Shown one piece after another: positions 30,149-39,803 of a DNA stretch of 64,000 nucleotides. The notes under the pieces were generated by a model, which saw only the letters and a program-made list of their open reading frames with translations, ran no database searches and had not been told where the DNA came from. The DNA comes from Terriglobia bacterium. Lineage in GTDB: Bacteria > Acidobacteriota > UBA6911. The DNA is taken from positions 64,592-128,591 of the forward strand of contig JAIQGI010000010.1 in the NCBI GenBank assembly GCA_020072565.1, in the 5' to 3' direction. Each line of letters opens with the position of its first letter. Position 1 is the stretch's first letter. Both the position numbers and the translations under genes were made by a program.

Positions 30149-31264
30149 ATGCCCATAGAAGTAAAAAAAGTCGAAACCAAAAAGGAACTCGCAGAGTTTA
30201 TCGATTTGCCCTGGAAGATTTATAAACAGTATCCCCACTGGGTCCCGCCACTGAAGAATGAAGTTGAAAGATTGGTCACTCCCGGGAAAAACCCGTTCTG
30301 GAACCATGCGGAAAGAGAGCTCTATATCGCCATCAGCGACCGCAATGTCGCCGGAAGAATCGCTGCGATAAGAGATGACAACCACGATAGGGTTCACAAT
30401 GAGAAGGCGGGATTCTTCGGCTTTTTCGAAACTACAGAAAAGTACGATGTAGCCAGAGCTTTGTTTGACGCAGCGGCGGTCTGGTGCAGGGCCAGAGGGT
30501 GTGCCTTTATGCGAGGGCCCGCGAGTCCTAGTTCCAACGACGAATATGGCTTCCTGCTGGAAGGCTTTGACAAAGACCCCGCGCTCATGATGCCGTACAA
30601 TCCCGAATACTATCTTGAGTATTCAGAAAAGTACGGTTTTATAAAGGCAAAAGATCTATTTGCATTCCTGAAAGGGTCTGCGACCTCGATACCTGCGAGG
30701 ATCGAGAAGATCATGGAAAGGGCGAAAAAAAGCTCCCCATTTGTTCTCCGTTCCATTGATCCAAAGAACTTCAAGCGGGATGTAGAGATCATAAAAACAG
30801 TCTATAACCTCGCCTGGGAGAATAACTGGGGTTTTGTTCCCATGACAGACGAGGAGATGGATTTGTCCGCAGCAAGCCTGAGACCGTTTTATGATCCGGA
30901 TTTGATCATAATTGCCGAATTGGATGGCAAGCCTGCCGGAGTCGGGCTCACAGTCCCGAATGCCAACGAAGTCCTAAAAAAGCTTAACGGGAAAATGAAC
31001 CTCTGGGGAATGGTCAAGTTTTTATGGTACAAGCGGAATATCAGAGGCTGCAGAGCCCTTGTCGGCGGCTGTCTGCCCGAATACCGGAAGACGGGTCTCA
31101 TAGCGGAAATATTCCATGAGACAATGGTGAGAGCAAATGGCAGATACGCATGGTGCGAACTTGGCTGGAATCTCGAGGATAACGATCTGATTAATAAGTT
31201 CGACGCGGAAATTGGCGGCGTGCTATATAAGAAGTACAGGCTTTATCAAATGGCACTATCCTGA
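30149..31264 (+). CDS. Tandem-GNAT N-acyltransferase, YghO/bacterial ceramide synthase (bCerS)-like
   Basis: FIDLPW.IY...P.WVPPL..E, NPFW.H, GRIAA, GFFGFFE, MPYNP.YY, AWE.NWGFVP, ELGWNLEDN. Visibly lower GC than the flanks. Confidence 0.82.
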   Translation: MPIEVKKVETKKELAEFIDLPWKIYKQYPHWVPPLKNEVERLVTPGKNPFWNHAERELYIAISDRNVAGRIAAIRDDNHDRVHNEKAGFFGFFETTEKYDVARALFDAAAVWCRARGCAFMRGPASPSSNDEYGFLLEGFDKDPALMMPYNPEYYLEYSEKYGFIKAKDLFAFLKGSATSIPARIEKIMERAKKSSPFVLRSIDPKNFKRDVEIIKTVYNLAWENNWGFVPMTDEEMDLSAASLRPFYDPDLIIIAELDGKPAGVGLTVPNANEVLKKLNGKMNLWGMVKFLWYKRNIRGCRALVGGCLPEYRKTGLIAEIFHETMVRANGRYAWCELGWNLEDNDLINKFDAEIGGVLYKKYRLYQMALS

Positions 31265-31282
31265 ATGATCAATGATGAGTAG

Positions 31283-31291
31283 TGCTACAAT
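31283..31291 (+). promoter_or_regulatory. Extended -10 element, probable leaderless promoter
   Basis: TGCTACAAT 8 nt before ATG 31300, with no SD sequence. Confidence 0.5.
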
Positions 31292-31299
31292 AGCCGCCC

Positions 31300-32511
31300 A
31301 TGACCCGATGCCCATCTTGTGCAGCCATCGTAGCGGTCGGCAGGCCAAGCTGCCCGTCGTGCGGGAAGGAGCTTGAGGCGGTCACTTCCGAAGATGCGCT
31401 GCTCGCGCAACTCGCCGAGGAATTTACCTGCGCTGCGCGGGAGGGGCGGAATCCGGGCATCGAGGAATACGCGCTCAGAATGATCGACGGGCGCGGCCGG
31501 GCGCGCATCACGGATTTCGGTCTGGCGGCTTTGGCCAGCCAGCGGCCCGGCGACGTCCTTCGTGCGGGCACTCCGGCCTACATGGCTCCTGAGCAACTTG
31601 CGGGCCAGGAGGCCTCGGTCAAGAGTGACGTCTATGCCCTTGGCCTGGTCCTGTATGAGATCTTTACCGGCCAGCGGGCATTCAAGGCCGACAGTTTCCC
31701 GGAACTTGACCGGCTCCGCGAGCGGAACGTCCTGGCTCGGCCATCAAGCCTGGCCAAGGGCATCCACTCCTCGGTCGAGAGCATCATTCTGCGCTGCCTG
31801 GACAAAGATCCCAATGCAAGGCCATCGGCATTCCAGATCGCCGCGGCGCTCCCAGGACGGGATCCGCTGGCGGAGGCACTGGCAGCCGGTGAAACCCCTT
31901 CCCCCGAGATGGTGGCGGCGTCACCGATGCAAGGAGCCCTGAGGCCGGCCGTGGCGGTGGCTTGCCTGGCGGCACTGGTTCTGTGCCTTCTGCTCATGAT
32001 TCCTTCGTCGCGGGGCATGCTGCACCGTCTCACGCCATTCGAGTTGTCTCCGCAGATCCTCGCCGATCGCGCCGCCACGATCGCGAAGAACCTGGGTTTC
32101 CTCAAACCACCGGCCGACAGCGCATTTGGATTTGGCCGCAATGACGAGTTCCTGGACTATGTCGCGAATCACGATTTCTCGCCCTCCCGGTGGGAGAAGT
32201 TGCGCGATGGCAGGCCGGCGGCGCTGTATTTCTGGTATCGCAAGAGCCCCAGCCCCCTGGTGGCATACAGCCTGGGCCGAATCTCGCCGACTGATCCGCC
32301 GCTCGAAATCCCCAACATGGTAACCATCTTGCTCGACACGCACGCACGCTCGATCGAGTACCAGGCCGTCCCGTCCGAAGTAGAGAATGTCCGCACGCCG
32401 CCGCCAGAGCCCAAGTGGGATGCCCTGTCTGACCGGCCTTCCTCTCTGATTCTGGATGTTCCGCAGACCAGGCTGCATTCAGCTGGCAGAGAGCGGACCG
32501 GCGCCCTATAA
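31300..32511 (+). pseudogene. Internally deleted and 3'-truncated Ser/Thr kinase (zinc ribbon, C-lobe and TM only)
   Basis: The CPSC..CPSC ribbon and LAEEF...PGIEEY segment join directly to MIDGRGRARITDFG. GTPAYMAPE and SDVYALG are present; the Gly loop, VAIK and HRD motifs are absent. Confidence 0.75.
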
Positions 32512-32575
32512 TGGGCCCCGTCCGTATGGCCAACCTTAAACCGGGGACAACCAGTTGCTCCGAGATCGGATGGAA

Positions 32576-33697
32576 ATGATGACCGACGTTTACCAGAAGC
32601 TTGCCGGCCACCTGGACAACCTTCCCGGCGGATTTCCTCCAACGGAAAGCGGCGTGGAATTGCGCATACTGCGCAGACTGTTCACTCCGGAGGAAGCCGA
32701 GCTCGCCGTACATGTAAGCCTGATCCCTGAAGAAGCCGGCGTGATTTCGCGGCGCGCCAGAATCGGACGTGCCGAGGCGGAACAGCGCCTGGCCGGGATG
32801 GCCCGGAAGGGGCTGATCATCGGCCTTTGCCCCGAGGCGAAGCCGGCCCTATACATGGCCGCTCAATTTGTCATCGGCATCTGGGAATTCCACGTGAACA
32901 GCCTCGACCCGGAACTCGTCCGGGAATTCAATGAATACCTCCCGGTGTTGTTCCGTGAAGCCTGGAAGTTCCCGCAATTGCGCACGATCCCGGTAAACCG
33001 CAGCCTGGACCATCAGCTGACCATTCTCCCGTATGAAAGGGCGGAGGAGCTGGTGCGCAGGGCAAGCAAGATTGTGGTGGCTCCCTGCATCTGCAGGCGC
33101 GAGCGGGGCATGGCCGGCGAAGGCTGCAGTAAACTCGGGGAAGCCTGTCTGGTTTTCGGGTTGGGCGCCGACTTGTATCAGCGCAACGGATTGGGAAGGC
33201 CCATAGGACGGGAGGAGGCTCTCGACATCCTCGCCCGCGCGGATGAGGCCGGACTTGTGCTGCAGCCAGGCAATGCTCAGGAGCCTACGAACATCTGCTG
33301 CTGCTGTGGCTGTTGCTGCGGCGTGCTGGGGAGCCTCAAGACTTATCCCCGGCCCGCCGAACTGGTTTCCTCTCCCTTCAGGGCAGTGGCCAGATCCGAG
33401 TCCTGCATCGGTTGCGGCGCCTGCACGACCCGCTGCCAGATGGGCGCTCTGCAGCTGGAAAGCGAAAGGGTGGCGCTGAATTCCGATCGGTGCATCGGTT
33501 GCGGCCTCTGTGTCTCCACCTGTCCCACGGACTCCCTGACGCTGGCGCGGAAACCTGTGTCGGAGCAACCCCGAGTGCCCAAGGATGGAATCCGGTCCCT
33601 GATTCAACTCGGAAAGACGCGAGGCAAGCTCGGTGGTGCGGATCTTGCGTGGATGATGGTCAAGTCCAAAATGGAACGGCTGCTGGCTTCCCGCTAG
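32576..33697 (+). CDS. Cys-rich 4Fe-4S dicluster protein with N-terminal winged-helix-like region
   Basis: GFPPTESGVELRILRRLFTPEEA, CICR, CCCCGCCC and two CxxCxxCxxxC motifs. TATAAT at about 32506. Confidence 0.88.
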   Translation: MMTDVYQKLAGHLDNLPGGFPPTESGVELRILRRLFTPEEAELAVHVSLIPEEAGVISRRARIGRAEAEQRLAGMARKGLIIGLCPEAKPALYMAAQFVIGIWEFHVNSLDPELVREFNEYLPVLFREAWKFPQLRTIPVNRSLDHQLTILPYERAEELVRRASKIVVAPCICRRERGMAGEGCSKLGEACLVFGLGADLYQRNGLGRPIGREEALDILARADEAGLVLQPGNAQEPTNICCCCGCCCGVLGSLKTYPRPAELVSSPFRAVARSESCIGCGACTTRCQMGALQLESERVALNSDRCIGCGLCVSTCPTDSLTLARKPVSEQPRVPKDGIRSLIQLGKTRGKLGGADLAWMMVKSKMERLLASR

Positions 33698-34280
33698 GAG
33701 CCTTGATCAGGATATCCAGTAGCGCCACGGTCGAATCCTGTCTCAGATCAGGCATGGTAGACAAAATTGGGGGCGCAAGCTTTATCGTCTTTCCCGCAAT
33801 CAAATCCTTTAACACGGCTTCTGTCACCTGCTGTGGATGGGTGATGCCTGCGATCCTGCCATTCCGATCCACGAGAACCGTGTGCGGAATTCCTATTACA
33901 TCGTAGGCCTTGAACTGCGAGCGGCTCGGATTCAGCGCAACCCACCCTGAGATCGGGCGCGTCGCCAGGAATTTTGCTACCTTATCCCGGTCTTCATCAG
34001 TGATCGAGAGGAACTGGACCGGACGGCCGGCGAGCTTTGCGGCCAGTTCGTTCAGGTGAGGGATTTGCTCGATGCATGGTCCGCACCAGGTGGCCCAGAA
34101 CTCCAGGACAACAGCCTTCCCCCGGAGCGAATCCCAGGTAGGCGAGCCGGCCGGCTGCGACGACAGAATCGTCTCCAGCGCCAGCGGAGGCGCGTGCTCT
34201 CCTACTTTCGGGGCACTCGTTTGCGCATTGACAGCCACTGCCATACACACCAAAGCCAGGAGAATCCGATAGAGGATCAT
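33660..34280 (-). CDS. TlpA/ResA-type thiol-disulfide oxidoreductase with signal peptide, probably 3'-truncated
   Basis: LEFWATWCGPC and GIPHTVLVDRNG, AGGAG RBS. The 3' end overlaps the convergent ferredoxin gene by 38 bp. Confidence 0.82.
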   Translation of the reverse strand: MILYRILLALVCMAVAVNAQTSAPKVGEHAPPLALETILSSQPAGSPTWDSLRGKAVVLEFWATWCGPCIEQIPHLNELAAKLAGRPVQFLSITDEDRDKVAKFLATRPISGWVALNPSRSQFKAYDVIGIPHTVLVDRNGRIAGITHPQQVTEAVLKDLIAGKTIKLAPPILSTMPDLRQDSTVALLDILIKAPSGKPAAVPFWT

Positions 34281-34375
34281 GAGCGGACTCCTATTTAATG
34301 CGGTCCGTCGCACCGACTGCGAACGCACTTCCCGTCCCCGCGCTCGCACTATAGGACGGTTGATGAGTAACGGGT

Positions 34376-35092
34376 CTAGGCGGATTTTCCCAGCTTTGAC
34401 CGGGCATTGGCGCTGGCCGCCAGGAGAGTGATCCAACTCCCTTTACGCCGGAGATATCCTTCGGCTTCGAGCTCGCCCAGCATTTTCCAGATCCATTGCC
34501 GCGAGCAGCCGACTTTGTCGGCCAGATCCTGCATCGACAAGGGGAGCCTGATCCTGACGCCTTGGGGCGTTAGGGCACCGCAATTCTCCGAGATTTCCCG
34601 AAGGGCGAGCAGCAGCCGTCGGCCGGACGGCAGCCCGCCGGCATGGTCATTGAGCCGGCTCGCCAACTTCAGGACCTGCTGACTGACCGTCTTCAGCAGT
34701 TCCAGGGAGAGCAGCGGACTCGTCGTGAGGAGTGAAAGAAATGCGTCGGCGTTCACCCACTCAAGATCGCATTCTTCGAGGGTTTCAACGCTGTTCTTGT
34801 GAGGAGTTCCGGTCACAACTTCCGGCACACCCAGCAGGGTTCCCGGACCGACCAGGTCCGCGACGGCCTTGCCGGACGCCGACACGTGCGACAAGCGGAG
34901 CCATCCTGCCCTCACCATGAAGACTTCGCGGGCGACCTCGCCTTGCTGGACGATCAGGTAACCCCGGCCGTAGAATCCCCTCTCGGTGACTGCCTGGACA
35001 ATGGGGGACGAGAAGAAGTTGCACTTCGCCTGCGCTGCGCAGTCAACGCAGCGAGCGGAACTGCCGCCATTTTCCGCGTCTCTCATAGGCAT
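34376..35092 (-). CDS. Crp/Fnr family transcriptional regulator with N-terminal CxxC-x5-C motif
   Basis: cNMP-binding-like domain (QQGE..VFMVRAG, GPGTLLG), HTH LSMQDLADKVGCSRQW, N-terminal CVDCAAQAKC. Confidence 0.9.
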   Translation of the reverse strand: MPMRDAENGGSSARCVDCAAQAKCNFFSSPIVQAVTERGFYGRGYLIVQQGEVAREVFMVRAGWLRLSHVSASGKAVADLVGPGTLLGVPEVVTGTPHKNSVETLEECDLEWVNADAFLSLLTTSPLLSLELLKTVSQQVLKLASRLNDHAGGLPSGRRLLLALREISENCGALTPQGVRIRLPLSMQDLADKVGCSRQWIWKMLGELEAEGYLRRKGSWITLLAASANARSKLGKSA

Positions 35093-35166
35093 ATGCCTTC
35101 AAACTCAGTGCCAAGCGAGCGGACCCTGATCGGTTAGAGAATCCTAAGAAAGCTATCGATAACTCC

Positions 35167-35189
35167 CACCCGATGTCGCGCATCGGGTG
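35167..35189. other. Perfect 9-bp hairpin upstream of the regulator
   Basis: CACCCGATG-TCGCG-CATCGGGTG. Confidence 0.45.
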
Positions 35190-35643
35190 ACCGTCCTGCG
35201 CCTGGACTTCCGACCGAATCAGATCGTCGGGGACATCCGCCTTCTATCGCTTCCGATTCGAGAAATCCACCTGCCAGGTTACGATCGTTTCGCTTTCCAA
35301 GAACCGCCCGGCCTCAGCCGGTCAATGAAGGGACATCCTCATTTCAACATATGGCTTGCCCATTTGGAACTAGGATGATTCCTAGTCGACGGCGATTTCC
35401 TTCGAGGGTCAGCCAGGGCATTCACATAGACTGCCCGCTCGCTGCGTGCAGTTCTAAACGCCTTGCCTGGGGCCTTTGTTCTCGAACCAGCAGGATCAGA
35501 ACTCGAGTGGCAACCAGGCCGTTTGCCCGCACCTCTAAAAGCACCGGGAGTTCTTGTCCCGCAGCACAGTCTCCATGAAATTATCCGTGGCAGGCTTTTG
35601 TTTGTGCGAGGTCTCTTTCTTAACCGGCGCCTTAGGAATCAAA

Positions 35644-35659
35644 TGTCAACCAGTTGACA
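35644..35659. promoter_or_regulatory. Crp-family operator, CooA-like TGTCA-N6-TGACA
   Basis: TGTCA-ACCAGT-TGACA in the divergent intergenic region, overlapping a TTGACA hexamer. Confidence 0.65.
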
Positions 35660-35951
35660 GAGACTGTCAGCTACTTGCTACCTTTAGCGTTCTACCCATG
35701 TTACTCAGTCGTGATAATGAAGCTTGTCTTCATACGGGAGAACGGGTGCACAGGCCAGAATGCGGGGGTATCCTTCCTCCGCTTAGATTTTGGCACTGAG
35801 CACGGTTCTCATTGTATCGATTGTGAATCAAGACGTATGAACTGTCTTTCTTCGAATCGTCAACCAGCAGAAATGTTCTCCTCAAACCGCGAGTGCGGTG
35901 AACTGAGCAGGACTGACGGGAGGGGTGGCCGACATCCCGAGGAGAGAACCT

Positions 35952-38240
35952 ATGAGATTCATGAGAGGTTTGAAACTCACAAGACGTGAGTTTGTCAGGA
36001 CGACCGCAATTGGCGCGGCAGGGCTTCTTGCGTACAAAGCAAGCCTGCGCAATGCCTACGCGTTTTACCAGAGCCCGCGGATTCCGCTGTTCAAGACCAG
36101 GCTGCGCGGCGTGGGTCCCGGAGGCATTCCAGTGGCTCTGGCTGATCCTACACCGGCGCCGGTTACCGGCGTAACCCATTACACTATTGGCATCCAGCAG
36201 TTCCAGGACCAGATCACTCCGCCTGCGGCAAGGATGTTCCCGACAACCTTTTGGGGCTTTGTTCCGACGATCGGACTGGGGGGGAACGTCACTCCCACTC
36301 ACCTGGGCGGGATCATCGTGGCCCATAGAGAGGCGGGACCAATCCAGATCACGTTCCGGAACCAACTATTCAGCAACATCGTATACAGACACATCATACC
36401 TGTCGATACCACCATCCCGGGCGCGAACCAGGCGATCAATCGGACGGCCACCCACTTGCACGGCGGTCTGGTCCCTTGGATCAGCGACGGAGGGCCGTTT
36501 GACTGGTGGAATCCCGATGGGCTGCATGGCGCGAGTTTTCTCAACAACCAAACCTTGAATCCGGGAGCCGCGGATAACGAGGCCGAATATTACTACCCTC
36601 TGAACCAGAGCGCGCGGTTCATGTGGTATCACGACCATGCGGTCGGCATCACACGGCTGAACGCCTATGCCGGAATTGCTTCGGCAATGCTGATCCGGGA
36701 TTCATTTGAAGCGAGTCTCATTAACGCCGGTTTGCCGAACTACATCGAGGCCGGAGGCAATGAGATCCCGCTGGTTTTCCAGGACAAGATTTTCGTCGGC
36801 AACGATATCAACCAGAAAGACAAACTTTGGAACAACATAGTCGCGCACGTGGCCACGAGCCCGGGCAGTCTGTGGTATGCCCATACCTATGAGCCCAACC
36901 AGAACAGCGGCATTGGGCGCTGGGATTTGGGGGCAGGTGGTCTCACTCTTCCCGATCCATCATCAATTCCCGAGTTCTTCGGAGACACGATGCTAGTTAA
37001 TGGAACCGTTTTCCCCGAGGCTAGAGTCGAGGCGCGCCGCTATCGGCTGCGGCTTCTGAACGCCTGTAACGCCCGGTTCCTCAACCTGCAGCTTTACGTG
37101 GATGACGGCAGCCCCAACGGGATCACGTTGGACCGCAGCGGCATACCGACCAACATGCCATTCATCTGGAGGAACAGCAGCGACGCACAGCTATCTGGGA
37201 AGGCGGCATATCTGCAGATCGGGACTGAGGGGGGGTTCCTGGCGCGGCCGGCGCTGATACCAAGCAACATTCCGTTCCAACTTCCACCGGGACAGCCCGA
37301 TCCGGTGACCGGGTCCGTCGACCCGTCCAAAGTTCAAAAATCGTTGATCGTGGCTCCCGCGGAACGGCCCGACCTCCTGATCGATTTCTCAGGATACGCG
37401 GGGCAGAGCCTCATTCTCTACTCCGATGCACCCGCGCCGTTCCCGAGCGGGGATGATCGCAACGACTACTTCCCGGGCTGGAATGTCGGGAGCGGGTTGT
37501 TTGGAGTCGGCAATCCGGTCAACGGAACCACGCAAGCCGGGTATGGCCCCAACACACGGGTCCTCATGCGCTTCAAGGTTGTCGCTGCCACAGGCAGCGA
37601 TGCGCCTCTGAAGATCAACACCTCGACCGACTTGACCAAAGGAATCGACCCGCTCTTTGTACGGCCGGGCCGTGCCAATGTCCCGGGAAACATTCCACGC
37701 CGCTTTAAAAGCCTGAACGAGTATTTCGACGCCTATGGGCGGCTCGTCCAGATCCTCGGCAATGAGGCGGCACCCTTGGGCTCGCCCTATTTTGGGTACG
37801 CAGCCTATATTGATGGCCCTGGGAACGGGAAAAATGTGGGCGCCACCGCAGAGAATGTCAGTGCGGGCAGTACGGAAATCTGGGAGGTTTTTAACACCAC
37901 CGGCGATACGCACCCGATGCACTTCCACCTGGTGAACGTCCAGATTATCAACCGGCAGGTAGTGAATGTCACCAGTGGCCCGCCTTATCTGCCCACCGGC
38001 CCGGTAATCCCGCCTGAACCGAATGAGACGGGGTGGAAGGAGACGGTGCCGATGTATCCGGGAACAGTGACCCGGGTCATCATGAAGTTTGACCTGTCGC
38101 AGGCGCAGATCAAGACCGCGGCAGGCGTTGTCATTCCGACGCCTGCAAGCCCACGGACCGGCGGCGTCGAGTATGTGTGGCACTGCCATATCCTCGAGCA
38201 TGAAGAACATGACATGATGCACGCGCTGGTAGTGACCTAG
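35952..38240 (+). CDS. Tat-exported multicopper oxidase (CotA/bilirubin oxidase-like)
   Basis: Tat motif TRREFV. Copper motifs HLHG, WYHDH, HPMHFH, HCHILEHEEHDMM. GAGGAG RBS. Confidence 0.93.
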   Translation: MRFMRGLKLTRREFVRTTAIGAAGLLAYKASLRNAYAFYQSPRIPLFKTRLRGVGPGGIPVALADPTPAPVTGVTHYTIGIQQFQDQITPPAARMFPTTFWGFVPTIGLGGNVTPTHLGGIIVAHREAGPIQITFRNQLFSNIVYRHIIPVDTTIPGANQAINRTATHLHGGLVPWISDGGPFDWWNPDGLHGASFLNNQTLNPGAADNEAEYYYPLNQSARFMWYHDHAVGITRLNAYAGIASAMLIRDSFEASLINAGLPNYIEAGGNEIPLVFQDKIFVGNDINQKDKLWNNIVAHVATSPGSLWYAHTYEPNQNSGIGRWDLGAGGLTLPDPSSIPEFFGDTMLVNGTVFPEARVEARRYRLRLLNACNARFLNLQLYVDDGSPNGITLDRSGIPTNMPFIWRNSSDAQLSGKAAYLQIGTEGGFLARPALIPSNIPFQLPPGQPDPVTGSVDPSKVQKSLIVAPAERPDLLIDFSGYAGQSLILYSDAPAPFPSGDDRNDYFPGWNVGSGLFGVGNPVNGTTQAGYGPNTRVLMRFKVVAATGSDAPLKINTSTDLTKGIDPLFVRPGRANVPGNIPRRFKSLNEYFDAYGRLVQILGNEAAPLGSPYFGYAAYIDGPGNGKNVGATAENVSAGSTEIWEVFNTTGDTHPMHFHLVNVQIINRQVVNVTSGPPYLPTGPVIPPEPNETGWKETVPMYPGTVTRVIMKFDLSQAQIKTAAGVVIPTPASPRTGGVEYVWHCHILEHEEHDMMHALVVT

Positions 38241-38257
38241 TTGCGACAACGGTGCGG

Positions 38258-38334
38258 CCTTGGAGTGTGGCGGCGCAACGCCGCTTTCAGCTTTCGTAAT
38301 CTCCAAAGCGGCGGCATGCCGCCGCACTTCAAGG
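38258..38334. repeat. REP doublet (REPIN-like), GGAG-type family C
   Basis: CCTTGGAGTGTGGCGGCGCAACGCCGCTTT and the inverted copy AAAGCGGCGGCATGCCGCCGCACTTCAAGG. Each arm is itself a hairpin. Confidence 0.75.
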
Positions 38335-38372
38335 AGCCTGCGGCGCGGAGACAGGCGCGAGGGAAATCGGAT

Positions 38373-39797
38373 ATGTGGAAACCTCGATATGCAATTTTTT
38401 TATTCCTGGTAATAGCCGGCTCATTCCTTGCCGGTACATGGTATTCAAAGCACTCCGCCGGTGCCAATCCAGCAGCGGCCGGCCGCCGGATCCTGTACTA
38501 TCACGACCCCATGCATCCTGCATACAAGTCCGACAAACCGGGGATCGCTCCCGACTGCGGCATGCAGCTCGAGCCGGTCTATGCGGACGATGCCGGCTCG
38601 AGGGAGGGAACCGAGGAAAGCATCTCGCCGCCGGGGACCATCCAGGTTAGCCCGGAAAGGCAACAGCTGATCGGCGTAAAGCTGGCCACCGTCAAGATGG
38701 CAGCCGGGAGCCAAAGCATCAGAGTCCTGGGGCGGGTCGTACCCGACGAAACCCGCATCTACCGCATCAATGCGGCCGTGGACGGGTGGGTGCGGGAGAC
38801 CCTTCCCGTCACTACCGGCAGCCTGGTCAAGAAGGACCAGGTGCTGGCCAACATTTATGCGCCGGAGTCTTTCTCGGCGATGAAGGCCTATCTTTATGGT
38901 TTGAGCTCGCTCGACCGGTTTCAGGCCAGTGCCAAGGAGACCAAAGAGCAGCTCGATCTGACCGATGCTACTATCGAGGGGTACCGGAACGCCCTCCGTA
39001 ACCTGGGTATGAGCGACTGCCAGCTGGATGAGATCAGGCACACCAGGGAAGGCTCCAGCATCATCGAAATCAGGGCAACCGCGGCGGGCTTCATCATTGC
39101 CAGGAACATCACTCTCGGGCAGCGCTTCGAGAAGGGAACGGAGCTTTACAGGATCGCCGATCTGAGTCACGTATGGATCGTCGCGGACGTCTTCGGATGC
39201 GAGGCGCAATCTTTCAAGCACGGGTCGACCGTAAGAGTAAATCTTCCTGATCAGGGGCTGAGCTTCCGTGCCAGCGTCAGCGATGTCCTGCCGCAATTTG
39301 ATCCGGCTTCACGCACCAATAAGATTCGTCTCGAGACCGATAATCCAGGTTATGCGCTTCGGCCCGATATGTTCGTCGACATCGAGGTTCCAGTCCGCCT
39401 GCCCGAAGCGATTACCGTTCCGGGGGATGCGCTTCTCGATACCGGCCTTCATAAGACGGTGTTCGTGGCCCGCGGAAATGGCGTATTCGAACCACGTCGC
39501 GTCGAGACCGGTTGGCGCCTTGGCGACAATGTCGAAATTGTCAGCGGGCTCAAGCCGGGCGAGCGCGTCGCGGTCTCGGGAACCTTCCTGATCGACTCCG
39601 AAAGCCGCATGAAGGCTGCCGCGGCAGGCATCTACGGCGAACCGGCCACAGATCCGGTGTGCGGGATGAATGTCCGCGAGCACAAGGCGACGGCCGCCGG
39701 CAAAACCAGTGCCCATGGCGGCCGCACCTACTACTTCTGTTCCGACGACTGCAAACAGAAATTCGATAAGAATCCCGAGAAATACATCAGGAAATAA
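38373..39797 (+). CDS. cusB: CusB-like heavy-metal RND periplasmic adaptor with metal-binding and YHS domains
   Basis: YHDPMHP..PDCGMQL, LYRIADLSHVW, LRPDMF, FLIDSES, C-terminal DPVCGM..YYFCSDDC. Confidence 0.88.
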   Translation: MWKPRYAIFLFLVIAGSFLAGTWYSKHSAGANPAAAGRRILYYHDPMHPAYKSDKPGIAPDCGMQLEPVYADDAGSREGTEESISPPGTIQVSPERQQLIGVKLATVKMAAGSQSIRVLGRVVPDETRIYRINAAVDGWVRETLPVTTGSLVKKDQVLANIYAPESFSAMKAYLYGLSSLDRFQASAKETKEQLDLTDATIEGYRNALRNLGMSDCQLDEIRHTREGSSIIEIRATAAGFIIARNITLGQRFEKGTELYRIADLSHVWIVADVFGCEAQSFKHGSTVRVNLPDQGLSFRASVSDVLPQFDPASRTNKIRLETDNPGYALRPDMFVDIEVPVRLPEAITVPGDALLDTGLHKTVFVARGNGVFEPRRVETGWRLGDNVEIVSGLKPGERVAVSGTFLIDSESRMKAAAAGIYGEPATDPVCGMNVREHKATAAGKTSAHGGRTYYFCSDDCKQKFDKNPEKYIRK

Positions 39798-39803
39798 ATA
39801 GCA

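Noticed and set aside
35100..35640. Possible small genes between the regulator and the operator
   Set aside because: Frames are interrupted by stops; only hairpins are supportable.
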